Shown: in pieces, positions 36,483-45,859 of the stretch
Position numbering within the stretch: position 1 is the first letter of the stretch
How the letters are laid out: each line of letters starts with the position of its first letter
Source: Nitrospirales bacterium
Lineage (GTDB): Bacteria; Nitrospirota; Nitrospiria; Nitrospirales; UBA8639
NCBI GenBank assembly: GCA_965223295.1
Contig: CBDCWC010000002.1
Coordinates: 736,001-800,000 of the forward strand
Reading direction: 5' to 3'
DNA: 64,000 nt
Made by a program: the position numbers and the translations under genes
The notes under the pieces: generated by a model
The model's input: only the letters and a program-made list of their open reading frames with translations
Database searches by the model: none
What the model was told of the DNA's origin: nothing

Positions 36483-36582
36483 ATGAACAATGTAAGGAGA
36501 TGAGATAATACCGTGAATAGTCTAAACGCTCTCAAATTCTTGATTTTAAGACATTGAATTAATATCACCAATACTTGGGAAT

Positions 36583-36611
36583 CTGCCTCGAGTCACTATG
36601 ACTCGAGGCAG
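36583..36611. terminator. Perfect 13-bp hairpin downstream of the BON lipoprotein gene
   Basis: CTGCCTCGAGTCA-CTA-TGACTCGAGGCAG; no clear U tract. Confidence 0.5.
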
Positions 36612-36628
36612 GTAACCAAACCACACAG

Positions 36629-36940
36629 TCAGTTCGATTCTATTTGGAGATTATTGTTCACTCTTTTAACGCCATCGACTTGCCCGGCCAGTTGCTCCGC
36701 TTGCTTTTTCGCAGCTTCAGTTTCCACGACACCATTGAGGGTAACAATACCTCTGTCAGTATCCACATCAATCCGTGTTAGCGATGCCATGCTGTCTCCA
36801 GCAAGTTTTGTTTTTACCGAGGACGTAATCATTGTATCATCGATATTCGTACCGGCAGTTTTTCCGGTCATCGCTTGACAGCCCGTCATCATAACTAACG
36901 ATAAGATGATCACACCCAAATAAGTCATCACTCGGTTCAT
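36629..36940 (-). CDS. BON-domain (OsmY-like) lipoprotein
   Basis: Lipobox MTGC; DDTMITSSVKTKL, GIVTLNG, GVKRVNNNL. Confidence 0.9.
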   Translation of the reverse strand: MNRVMTYLGVIILSLVMMTGCQAMTGKTAGTNIDDTMITSSVKTKLAGDSMASLTRIDVDTDRGIVTLNGVVETEAAKKQAEQLAGQVDGVKRVNNNLQIESN

Positions 36941-36985
36941 AGTCTTTCTCCTTAATAAGATTATTAATGATTGGAACGAATGGAA

Positions 36986-37288
36986 TTAATCCAGATTTCT
37001 GTTTGCACCTCTCACTGACTCCTTAGCCTCTGACCGTCCCACTTCGAATGCTTGTTTAGCTTCCTGAATCGCTTCTTCTGCAACTTCTAAAACCTCCTTT
37101 CCTTGTGCCTTGACCAAATCGACAGTTTCCTCAACCGTACTTTTCGCTCTTTGGGCGCCGCGATTAAGATCTCTGCGAAGTTGTCGTCCAGATTTTGGCG
37201 ACAATACTAGTGCAAGCCCCACCCCTAAAAGAAATCCAACAAGTAATGGGATAACGGAAGAACGTTTATCATGTTCATATGTTGTCAT
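36986..37288 (-). CDS. YtxH-domain protein
   Basis: GFLLGVGLALVLSPKSGRQLR. Confidence 0.82.
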   Translation of the reverse strand: MTTYEHDKRSSVIPLLVGFLLGVGLALVLSPKSGRQLRRDLNRGAQRAKSTVEETVDLVKAQGKEVLEVAEEAIQEAKQAFEVGRSEAKESVRGANRNLD

Positions 37289-37340
37289 AAGTTCAGTCCT
37301 CCTAAATTTATGGACACGTCAATAGCGTGAGTCCAGCGAT

Positions 37341-37955
37341 CTAATGAGTATTGGTTAAACGAGCATCCACCGCCTTCCAATCAATATTGGCAAAAAAGGC
37401 TTCGATGTACTTTTGCCGATCAGAAGGAGCATAGTCGATGAGGTAGGCATGTTCCCACACATCTAGCACAAGAATAGGGATAAATCCGGCGACGTTGCCG
37501 CTCTCATGTAGACTAATCCAATGATTAGACAGTCGCCCGTTTTGGGGATTCTGATAACAGATGGCCCACCCCACCCCACGCAGATTCGCTACTCCCACAA
37601 AATCAGCTTTCCAGACCTCATAATCTCCAAAACTTGCATCGACTGTTTTTCGAAAGAGAGATTCTGGTTCAGGATCTTCACGGCCCTCCTTCGTGAGGTT
37701 TTCAAAATAGTATTCGTGCAGGACCATGCCGTTATATTCGAAACCAAGACGCCGCGTGAGTTCCGAATACGCCGGCTTCTCTTCTTGATCAATGTGGCCA
37801 TCTCTTAAGAATTCATTGATTTGATCCATCAGGGAGTTTGTTTGACTGACATATCCTTCATAGAGATTAAAATGCATTTCCAGGCTCTGATTTGAAATAC
37901 CCTTCAATCCGTTAAGATGGAATGATTTCACTGTGTAAGGTGCTGGCTTGATCAT
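37341..37955 (-). CDS. Fe/Mn superoxide dismutase family protein (ChrC-like)
   Basis: H..LYEGYV, NGMVLHEYYF, GVGWA, DVWEHAY. Confidence 0.88.
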   Translation of the reverse strand: MIKPAPYTVKSFHLNGLKGISNQSLEMHFNLYEGYVSQTNSLMDQINEFLRDGHIDQEEKPAYSELTRRLGFEYNGMVLHEYYFENLTKEGREDPEPESLFRKTVDASFGDYEVWKADFVGVANLRGVGWAICYQNPQNGRLSNHWISLHESGNVAGFIPILVLDVWEHAYLIDYAPSDRQKYIEAFFANIDWKAVDARLTNTH

Positions 37956-38099
37956 CGCTGCTCTCCTCAATATTTAGTTGGGTTCATGCCAGAATATTCT
38001 TAGCATTGCCTTTTTGTTCTTCGTGATATGTGACTGCCCGGCACACGTTAGCAATCGACTAATGTCTAGTTATAAATGAAACAACTCCCACTTTCACAA

Positions 38100-38135
38100 T
38101 AGATTTTTTTCCTATTTTCGCAGTCAAAATGTCTA
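38100..38135 (-). promoter_or_regulatory. Degenerate island motif copy upstream of the SOD gene
   Basis: - strand TAGACATTT...AAAATCTA, 36 bp; proximal half degenerate. Confidence 0.5.
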
Positions 38136-38359
38136 TCTCATGCCATGCCCGCAAGATTTATCAACTTGCCTGATACGAAAAAAGTAGCATTTTCCTATAA
38201 ATACTCAGATACTCATCGCACCAATAGCATCACTGAACATTTTGTTCATGTCACAGTTGTTTTAGTCCATTTCACGCATCCCATGCATTTGGTATTTCAT
38301 AATCAAATGGCTTTCGTTCATTTTCTCAAATAATCTTGGCCTAATTTAAGGAGGCATTT

Positions 38360-38599
38360 ATGAGACAAGCGCTTTCACAACCGACACAGCACTTCAGTCA
38401 CATGACTGAGAAGGATCAAGTCTTTGAAAATTATTATCGGTGCGGAGGGATGTTAGTAGACGATCGGTGCTACGACCTTACAAGCAGTGGAATCTTCAAG
38501 ATTGCGACCAAACGGTGCATTCAATGCGGAGATGTGATTGACCCCGTGATTCTTCAACATCGACGTCACTCAAGATTGAGTGAAGCCTACGCAAGTTAG
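38360..38599 (+). CDS. Small zinc-ribbon-like protein
   Basis: RCGGMLV...RCIQCGDVIDPVILQHR; GGAGG RBS; first Cys of the expected CxxC is absent. Confidence 0.65.
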   Translation: MRQALSQPTQHFSHMTEKDQVFENYYRCGGMLVDDRCYDLTSSGIFKIATKRCIQCGDVIDPVILQHRRHSRLSEAYAS

Positions 38600-38636
38600 A
38601 ATATTTTTACGGGAAAGGCAGCACAAAAAATCTTGC

Positions 38637-38672
38637 TAGACAAATTCGATTAACGAGCAGGAAGCATGTCCA
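38637..38672 (-). promoter_or_regulatory. Island motif copy overlapping the 3' end of the anti-sigma-like gene
   Basis: + strand TAGACAAA...GCATGTCCA, 36 bp. Confidence 0.45.
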
Positions 38673-39843
38673 TATTGACGTTTAACTTTTCAACGATATT
38701 TCCGGAACGCAAGCTACCAATGAACTCTTTGGGGTCCACTGGCTCTGGAAGTGGCAAATCCACGTTATACCAATTATCCTTGGGCTTCCCTCTTTTGACT
38801 CGGATCTCATCGAAAAACCCATTAACCTTATCGTCGTCAATGTCTTTCTTAAAGCGTACTTGAACATGACGCGTCACGACTGATGTCGTAATAATTTCGA
38901 TATCGCTTCTCTTCGACAAAGGTTTTAGAATTTTATCTGGTGATTCTGAGTTGGGAACGCTCATATTAAAGGAATACCACCCACCCATCTGCGCATGATC
39001 TTGGGCGGACACATCTTTAAAGAATTTTTCTATCCCCGTAGGCTTCGTTCCTTTTTTGAATCGTACCCACACCGGACGACTTTCCAGAATTCCACTTTTG
39101 AAAGTTTCGGCTTTCTTCTCTAGTAATGTGTTGCCAGTGTCCTGACTCTGCTCACTTCGGCTGACAACTTGAGTTCCTAATGTCTGCTGTTCCCCATCTG
39201 TGCCACTATTTACCGCCATAACCGAGGTCTGATCCAGTCGCTTCTGAATCGCGGTCAGTTGTTGGAGCACTTCCTGAAGCTGATGATCCTTGGAAGCCAC
39301 AAGTGAGCCTCCGTCATTCGAGCGAGTGGAAGTTTGTGCAAATCGGTCAATAACTAGGAACACTACCCCTGCAGCTAAAATGATTTGAGCCGCGAGAGCA
39401 AGCATGGACCATGAACTCGGTTCATTTTTGCCATCTTGTTGCTTTTGCTCGCTTGATTCACTCACTGAGGGCTCTGATGGGATAGCCAGTAGGTTTTTCG
39501 ATGTCAGTTGAACGACACTCTTGTCTTCCTCACGCTGAAGATCGAGTTCAAACACATAATTTCCAGCCTGCAATTCTGCCTCTGCGGACTTCTGACCCTC
39601 AGACGAAAGAGAACCCACTGGAAGCCCGGAAGACGACCGAAGTTCTATAAGACTCGGAGAAGGGCCGACTTGAAAAGTTTTTGTGGCGATAGCTTGAGGA
39701 TGACATTCTAGGGTACCAACGCTCTTGTTATCCACAAAGATTTGAATTGATTCTAGTGATTCAGTTTCTCTTCGGTAGCGTTGATCCCACAATGCCTGAA
39801 TGAGGTATTCCTCGTATGCTTTGAGCTCTTCCTTAGCTTCCAT
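38650..39843 (-). CDS. Single-pass membrane protein, putative anti-sigma factor
   Basis: Central TM (MLALAAQIILAAGVVFLVI), coiled coil, two C-terminal VxVRFKK...FF...WY repeats; overlaps the upstream gene by 11 nt. Confidence 0.55.
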   Translation of the reverse strand: MEAKEELKAYEEYLIQALWDQRYRRETESLESIQIFVDNKSVGTLECHPQAIATKTFQVGPSPSLIELRSSSGLPVGSLSSEGQKSAEAELQAGNYVFELDLQREEDKSVVQLTSKNLLAIPSEPSVSESSEQKQQDGKNEPSSWSMLALAAQIILAAGVVFLVIDRFAQTSTRSNDGGSLVASKDHQLQEVLQQLTAIQKRLDQTSVMAVNSGTDGEQQTLGTQVVSRSEQSQDTGNTLLEKKAETFKSGILESRPVWVRFKKGTKPTGIEKFFKDVSAQDHAQMGGWYSFNMSVPNSESPDKILKPLSKRSDIEIITTSVVTRHVQVRFKKDIDDDKVNGFFDEIRVKRGKPKDNWYNVDLPLPEPVDPKEFIGSLRSGNIVEKLNVNMDMLPAR

Positions 39844-40720
39844 GCTGTTGTACTCCCGAAAAGTTACCCTGCAATATTTTTGATGTTGGGCTTGCCAGTT
39901 GAAGCTGCAATTTCAATTCTAGTGATTCTTCACTTTGAGCACCCTGGACCGTAGACTTGTAGACCATATCGAGACAGGGATAGCACATTGCCAGATGCCA
40001 AATGCGATAATCTTGCCCATAACCATCCGAGAACATCTCTTCCCATTTCTCTTGTGTTTGGCATGGGTAATGCTCTGGTTCACTTTTTCTGTAATGAGAC
40101 TGCACCTCTATCAACAATTTCTGAGCTTCGGGATTAACGATATGAGGTTTGACTTCCAGCTGCTGCTCTAAACTGGCAATCTGTGAAATATCGAGACCAA
40201 TTTCTTGCATGGTTCTATGCCATCCAGATTGTCGCCAACGAGTGAAATTTTTGTAAATCCGCTGACTTTGTTCCTCGGCTAGGCCAAGTAGCTTAATCAC
40301 CTGCGAAGGAGTAAAACTATAAAAATGCGTAAATTGAGCAATGAGGGCATCTCGACTGATTACGGCCCTCGAAGTCAATCCATCAATAAATTTTTCAAGA
40401 GGTGAGTGCGGCGTAGGATGGTAAATAAATGAGTTTGGCTGGCTAAAGTGCTTTGCGACAAAGCTATCCAACAGAAGAACTGGTCGACAAGGAACTTCAT
40501 TGCGGGCATAGACAAGAAAACGTTCAACCAATTCATAGGCTAACCGTAGCGCCAATTTTTCATGGTTCACGTTTTCAGACCAACTATTCGTCTCCTTCAA
40601 TAATTTTTTCGTGTAACTACTTGCTCGGCTTAAAAGTAGAGACATAGACTCTTCCGCGAACTGATCGTACTCGGCTTTAGTCCGGACGATTGTGTCTGAA
40701 ATGACGGGTTGAGTATCCAT
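39833..40720 (-). CDS. Divergent ECF-sigma-like protein with C-terminal HxxxCxxC motif
   Basis: Region-4-like LEKFIDGL..RDALI..FYSFTPSQVIKLLGL..IYKNFTRWR; C...HLAMCYPC; GAGGGA RBS before MDTQP. Confidence 0.5.
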   Translation of the reverse strand: MDTQPVISDTIVRTKAEYDQFAEESMSLLLSRASSYTKKLLKETNSWSENVNHEKLALRLAYELVERFLVYARNEVPCRPVLLLDSFVAKHFSQPNSFIYHPTPHSPLEKFIDGLTSRAVISRDALIAQFTHFYSFTPSQVIKLLGLAEEQSQRIYKNFTRWRQSGWHRTMQEIGLDISQIASLEQQLEVKPHIVNPEAQKLLIEVQSHYRKSEPEHYPCQTQEKWEEMFSDGYGQDYRIWHLAMCYPCLDMVYKSTVQGAQSEESLELKLQLQLASPTSKILQGNFSGVQQHGS

Positions 40721-40874
40721 TCCCTCTGATAATGTTGAATTTTTTTTTATGCGGAATGGAAGCAGTGTACCCAGAACATGAGTACATGGCAACCTGTCAG
40801 GAGTCGAATCCGTCCAGGGAGGAAAGGTTGAGTTCATAATAAATTCCCCAGGATTTACGGACTTTTAAAGTCTA

Positions 40875-41394
40875 TCAGTTCACGGTCTTGGTCGGCTGAG
40901 CTTCTAAGGAAGATGACTTGAGGCATTTGAGAATTTGACGTTCGGCTTCTAGCCAGTCCTCCCATTCTCGACCAGGATCGCATCCCCTCTCTTCAAAGAG
41001 CCTGTACGCCAAGCTTTGGATGTCCTGGTGAAAAAAAGAGCGAATTGCGGCATCAATCGGTCCTCCCAGAAACGGTTCTTCATTTCCTCTCGGCCCGCCG
41101 ACAACTTGGTCAGCTCCCAAACGAAGCACTTCGGGAACAGCATTCCTGACGGAAGCCCCAGCCACGATAAGAATCTTTCCCATGAATCCCTGCTGACGTA
41201 GATTCTCCACAATCTTCAGAGCGTTAGGATCCACTATATATAAGTCCAATACAACAACATGGGGATCAGTCTCTAGCACCAAATGTGCACACTTCCTGAC
41301 TATGGGGAGAGACGACGACTTCATAACCTTGCTGACTGAGAAACTCTGTGAGTTGGTTTCGGAGCGATTTATGGTCTGTCGCTACGACAATCAT
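40875..41394 (-). pseudogene. Atypical receiver domain + DUF2934 protein, +1 frameshift near 41289
   Basis: Upstream frame MIVVATDHKSLRNQLTEFLSQQGYEVV joins HLVLETDPHVVVLDLY; C-terminal IQSLAYRLFEERG..PG..EDWLEAE (DUF2934 pattern). Confidence 0.75.
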
Positions 41395-41514
41395 GAGCTT
41401 TCTCACCCCAAGATACGTGGCACCATCGAAAACAATTTTCTACTCTTAAGACTGCACCAAACTTATCTTTTCCGTTTAGTCGGTAACTTAGCTACAGAAT
41501 AAAGAATTATTCAA

Positions 41515-41550
41515 TGGACAAACCTGTCTACCCCATTTGCAAAATGTCCA
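41515..41550 (-). promoter_or_regulatory. Island motif copy upstream of the receiver/sigma-like operon
   Basis: - strand TGGACATTT...TTTGTCCA, 36 bp. Confidence 0.8.
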
Positions 41551-41579
41551 GCTCTAGGCTGAATCCGTCACGAAAATGA

Positions 41580-41615
41580 TGGACATTAGGTAAATCGTGA
41601 ATCCAGATTTGTCCA
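41580..41615 (+). promoter_or_regulatory. Island motif copy upstream of the Pro-rich ORF
   Basis: TGGACATTA...TTTGTCCA, 36 bp. Confidence 0.8.
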
Positions 41616-41693
41616 TTGAGTTAAGTTGACCTAAAACAGAAAATGAAGGAAAGAAAAGGTAACCATCGAGCAATGACGGATGAGAGGGGAAAT

Positions 41694-41924
41694 ATGGGAA
41701 AAAACAACCCAGCCAAGGAACCTCAAAAACTCAAGCGGGACGATCCACCCATACAAGAGCCACCGAATGAGCCGAAAAAGTCTCCAGTGGAGCCTCCTAA
41801 GCGCACACCTCAAAAACCACCCGTTGAGCAACCACCCACGCCCTCGCCACCTAATGAACCACCATCGAAAGACCCTCAACCCATCGGAGATCCACCACCT
41901 ACGAGTCAACCAGTCATGACGTAA
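41694..41924 (+). CDS. Small Pro-rich disordered protein
   Basis: Repeated (P/S)P(I/V)xEPP units; GAGGGG RBS. Confidence 0.6.
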   Translation: MGKNNPAKEPQKLKRDDPPIQEPPNEPKKSPVEPPKRTPQKPPVEQPPTPSPPNEPPSKDPQPIGDPPPTSQPVMT

Positions 41925-42079
41925 ACGTTTTTGGTGATGTTTGTATTGTTATGAAAATATAGAAAACGTTTATTGAATTAAGGAACTCTGTCGGAAGGGG
42001 CATGTCAAAACTTTGGATATATCCAAGTGAAAGTCCTGAGTTACTTGTTCATCTAGGAGTTCGTAATACTTTTCAATGC

Positions 42080-43210
42080 CTAGCTCTCCTCGGCCCAGCG
42101 CTTCAGCCGTATCAACAGAACTTCTTCAAAGAGGATCTTGATGCACACGGTCAGTGGAATAGCTAAGATCAATCCATAAAGCCCTCCGACAGCTCCACCG
42201 ATAAACACAACAATTAGGATGGTGACCGCACTAAGTTCGATTGACTGACTCTGAACCCAAGGTGTTAAGACCCATCCCTCTAAGATTTGGACCACCCCAA
42301 AAACGACTGAAGGCCACAACAAGATCGCTGCCCAGACAAAACCTGAACTTCCAGAACCGGTGGTCATATCCAAATACTTGAGAAAGACTGCCAATGGCCA
42401 ACCTAAAATTGCTCCATAAGGAATGATGCTCAACAGCCCTGTTCCGATCCCAAGCAGGAACCAATAGGGCACATCGACGATCCACCAGCCAATTGACAGC
42501 ATTGCCCCCATGAGTAAGGCAATGACCAGGCGTCCTCGAAAAAAACTACCGACAGCTTGATCCATACGTTCAACAATGGCCACAATTCGATCTTTACGAC
42601 TGGATGGCAGATACTCTTGGACTGTGTGTATCATCGAGGGAAAGGTCCAAGCAAAAAAGAAGAAATACACTGGGATCAGGACAAAGGAAATTAAAAAATA
42701 CGTCGTCGCACTCACAACATTACCTACAAAACCAAAGGCATGGCTCGTTCCTGTTAATGCCGCCTTAATGAGCGACATCGCATTCATTTTTAGCGTGGAT
42801 GCAACATCTTGAAAGTGCTCGCGTGGATTTTCCAAATCAACATTGTACTGTTGACCCAGGCTTTCCAAGTAGGTAGGGACCTTCTCCGTGAGCGTCACGA
42901 TTTGCTCTTCGACTATTGGTCCGAGCCAACCGCCCAATCCTGCTCCAATTCCAACCAGGACCACAAATAACAGAGTAATGCTCAGAGGGCGAGGGAAACG
43001 CCAATGTTCCTGGGCATACGTTATGGATGGACTAAAAAGGTAGGCCAAGAGCAACCCGATGAGAACTGGGGTAAAAATACCTCTGAGTGAATATCCAGCC
43101 CATAGAATGAACAGGAAAAACCCAATCCAGAAGAGATCACGGACGGCCGCAATCTGCCAAAGGTGTCTGTCCACTATAGGGCGGCGTGTACTCGAATCGC
43201 CTTCAACCAT
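42080..43210 (-). CDS. AI-2E family transporter
   Basis: FFRGRL, IIPYG, QILEGWVLTP, GGAVGGLYGLILAIP. Confidence 0.9.
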   Translation of the reverse strand: MVEGDSSTRRPIVDRHLWQIAAVRDLFWIGFFLFILWAGYSLRGIFTPVLIGLLLAYLFSPSITYAQEHWRFPRPLSITLLFVVLVGIGAGLGGWLGPIVEEQIVTLTEKVPTYLESLGQQYNVDLENPREHFQDVASTLKMNAMSLIKAALTGTSHAFGFVGNVVSATTYFLISFVLIPVYFFFFAWTFPSMIHTVQEYLPSSRKDRIVAIVERMDQAVGSFFRGRLVIALLMGAMLSIGWWIVDVPYWFLLGIGTGLLSIIPYGAILGWPLAVFLKYLDMTTGSGSSGFVWAAILLWPSVVFGVVQILEGWVLTPWVQSQSIELSAVTILIVVFIGGAVGGLYGLILAIPLTVCIKILFEEVLLIRLKRWAEES

Positions 43211-43422
43211 AAAATCGCCTCATCTTCAAATAGGAAATAACTAGACTGGATATCTGCTAACCTGGGGCAGATTCTGTACTTGATACTGAAAGAAAGCGCT
43301 TAATCTTCTGATTACAGACCAAACGTACCTCAAATATTTAATCAAGATCCCGTTCACAAATTTAGAGAACACACCATAGCGTATTGTACGCTACTTTTAA
43401 ATGAACTAACTCAACAGAATGA

Positions 43423-43458
43423 CAGACATTTCGTGCCTCCAGGGTAGCGATTTGTCCA
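43423..43458 (+). promoter_or_regulatory. Island motif copy
   Basis: CAGACATTT...TTTGTCCA, 36 bp, 59 bp before ATG 43517. Confidence 0.75.
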
Positions 43459-43516
43459 CTAGCCAAAATTTGGAGATCTCATTTACGATTAGGCGTTTAC
43501 ATCTGATGAGGAGAAA

Positions 43517-43813
43517 ATGACTAATCCACAAAAGGCAAACTTGATCAAGCCATGGATTAATCCTGCGGAACGAATTACGGTGGACTTTACAGATATCCGA
43601 GGGTTAACTGCGCAAGTGCTCGGATGCACGGAGAATGTGGTGCATTTAGCTTTTCCTGAAACATTTCCTCACATGAAAGATCGAGTCACGATTCCCTTAC
43701 GGAAGGTGCATGTAGGAGAAGATCGTAGCCATTACACTCGAGATCCACAGTCTCCCATTCAATGGGGGCGACTTCGTTTGCGGATCGAACAAAAGCATCC
43801 CGATGCTCTCTAA
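43517..43813 (+). CDS. Hypothetical protein
   Basis: GAGGAG RBS; 98-aa beta-rich ORF. Confidence 0.7.
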   Translation: MTNPQKANLIKPWINPAERITVDFTDIRGLTAQVLGCTENVVHLAFPETFPHMKDRVTIPLRKVHVGEDRSHYTRDPQSPIQWGRLRLRIEQKHPDAL

Positions 43814-43938
43814 CGCCTCCCCAACGCCTCAATAATACACCATGGTGCATAGCCGTGTTCTCAGTCCTTGGACAATTCTCCCCTATTCTCTGTTCTTCTA
43901 GCCAGAAAGCAGGATGTAGCCGGTTAAAGACTTAGCGT

Positions 43939-43974
43939 TGTACATCCTGACAACTTTCTCAGGGTATTTGTCCA
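43939..43974 (+). promoter_or_regulatory. Island motif copy
   Basis: TGTACATCC...TTTGTCCA, 36 bp; TGnTACACT downstream (-10 at 43998-44003). Confidence 0.7.
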
Positions 43975-44098
43975 TAATTAACCGATTTTCATTTTGCTAC
44001 ACTCAATCACTTGCCTATTCGTTAAGACAAATTTGCTTCAGCTCTAACGACTTGACATGCTGTGGCTCATGAAGGTGCACGAATAAATAACATTTCAT

Positions 44099-44575
44099 AT
44101 GGATGGAGAAATAGATTTGCTGTTTGAACTCACATTGGCGAGCATGATGGTTGCATTCATTATATTAGCTATTTGTTTGGCAGTGACCGTAATCCAAATT
44201 AAAAAAACGTTCATCCAGGCTGAGCGATTCTTCTCTCAACTCAACACGGATATACCGAAAGTGCTCAATAATTTTCACGTCACGAGCGAAAATATTCGCC
44301 TCATGACCCAGCAGACGCGGGACGGAGTTGGCCATGCTTCGGTTCTTTTCCATGCTGTCGGAGAAATTGGAACGACTGTGAATCAAGTACATGCAGCTTT
44401 GCGTGAAGGAGGGAAAAGACTAATGAACAGCTTCGACGTCATAAAGGCTAGAATCGTGGCCACAGTAACCTACAAACGACAACGATGCAGTGATTTCCAT
44501 AGATCTCCCATAACAAAGCCAACATATATTCCTCAGCCAGACAGAAGAGTAAAGCAGGCATTGACAGGGCACTGA
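44099..44575 (+). CDS. DUF948 paralog, degenerate C-terminus
   Basis: Aligns with 3181-3597 (QIKKT..QAER, ENIR..T.Q.R, AVG.IG.TVNQVH). Confidence 0.75.
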   Translation: MDGEIDLLFELTLASMMVAFIILAICLAVTVIQIKKTFIQAERFFSQLNTDIPKVLNNFHVTSENIRLMTQQTRDGVGHASVLFHAVGEIGTTVNQVHAALREGGKRLMNSFDVIKARIVATVTYKRQRCSDFHRSPITKPTYIPQPDRRVKQALTGH

Positions 44576-45048
44576 TCGGAAACCATGTCACAACCGTTAT
44601 TCTTTGCTCCTCAGCTTAGTCGAGAACTCGGATATATAGCCTGTTACCGACCGTCTAGCGTGAAGATAGTTTAATTATCAGGATGACGTTGCCCTATCAC
44701 TCAACCGTATCAAGTTCTGTGCTAGAACAAAACACGAAGCAGCGCATTCTTCACGTGGGATGAAACTTGTCACGAAGAAAAATGCTTGATCTTTTAGAAC
44801 TACAGCAAAGTTTTTCATCTGAAGTTCACGTTAAACACCAACTTTTTTCGTGGGACCTTGAAATGTCTGGTAATCCTATATTGATAAGCCACCTCATACC
44901 TCACTTAAATAAGTGACATTTTGTGTCAGAGCTCTTAGATTTATCCCTTTCACACCCAAGAGAATAAATGAAATGGGCCTCTGCTACAATCCGTGCATCA
45001 CTGTTCTGTGAACTGGAAAAAGCGAGAGACACGACCCTGAATGCGATT

Positions 45049-45570
45049 ATGAGAATAGACTTTTTGACTTCTTGGTTAGTTGTCCTAGCATTTCTTTCGG
45101 TGCAGTCATTTTTACCTGGCTGTACGAGCGTTACGACCCAGCCCGAGGTTCTTACTCCGGAAAAGGAGTCCAGGACTTTGTCTAGGGAACCAGTGGACCT
45201 ATCTGGAATTTGGGAGTATCAAGATAAAGATGCTGCCTATCCTTTGACACTAGATGAAGAAGGAAATGGTAGATACAATTGGCAGGGCGGTCATTTTGTG
45301 ACAATTAGTATAGTTGACGATCGGTGGCAAGGAAAGTGGCGCCAGACAGCAAATGATCGTGAAGGCGGGTTCGCTCTCAGGTTATCATCGGACGGAAACT
45401 ACGCAGAAGGTCGATGGTGGTATACCAGAATAGAGGACAATGATTCTCCCACTGAACCGGGAGGCAGTTTTACGTTGTTAAGAAATCCATCTTCTTCCCA
45501 AATTGATACGGGTAGCTGCGCTGATCCGTTTGGAGAATTAGAGGAAGTTTTCAGCAGTCGTGAATGTTGA
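45049..45570 (+). CDS. Lipoprotein, beta-rich
   Basis: Lipobox LPGC; DLSGIWEY, WQGKWRQ, EGRWWY. Confidence 0.65.
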   Translation: MRIDFLTSWLVVLAFLSVQSFLPGCTSVTTQPEVLTPEKESRTLSREPVDLSGIWEYQDKDAAYPLTLDEEGNGRYNWQGGHFVTISIVDDRWQGKWRQTANDREGGFALRLSSDGNYAEGRWWYTRIEDNDSPTEPGGSFTLLRNPSSSQIDTGSCADPFGELEEVFSSREC

Positions 45571-45859
45571 TCACTCGCAATCGTTTTTTCCTTATCCCAC
45601 CAGCAACCTAAACCTGGTCATTGTATCTTCAGGTTGGATATGTATGGAAGCCTGATCTTGTGAATTGACTCCATCTTCATAATCATGAAGAATGGGTTAG
45701 TCGCGTTTATATAGGAGTGTTCTTCGTTTCCCAATATCGATCATATGGAAAACCATGTCCAAACAATCAAGATGGTCATGGGATAACTGTCTACTCATTA
45801 TTCTGTACACTTCTTTGAAAATCTCTTTTAGTTCGCCTTCAAGAGTAACCTCCCAACCT

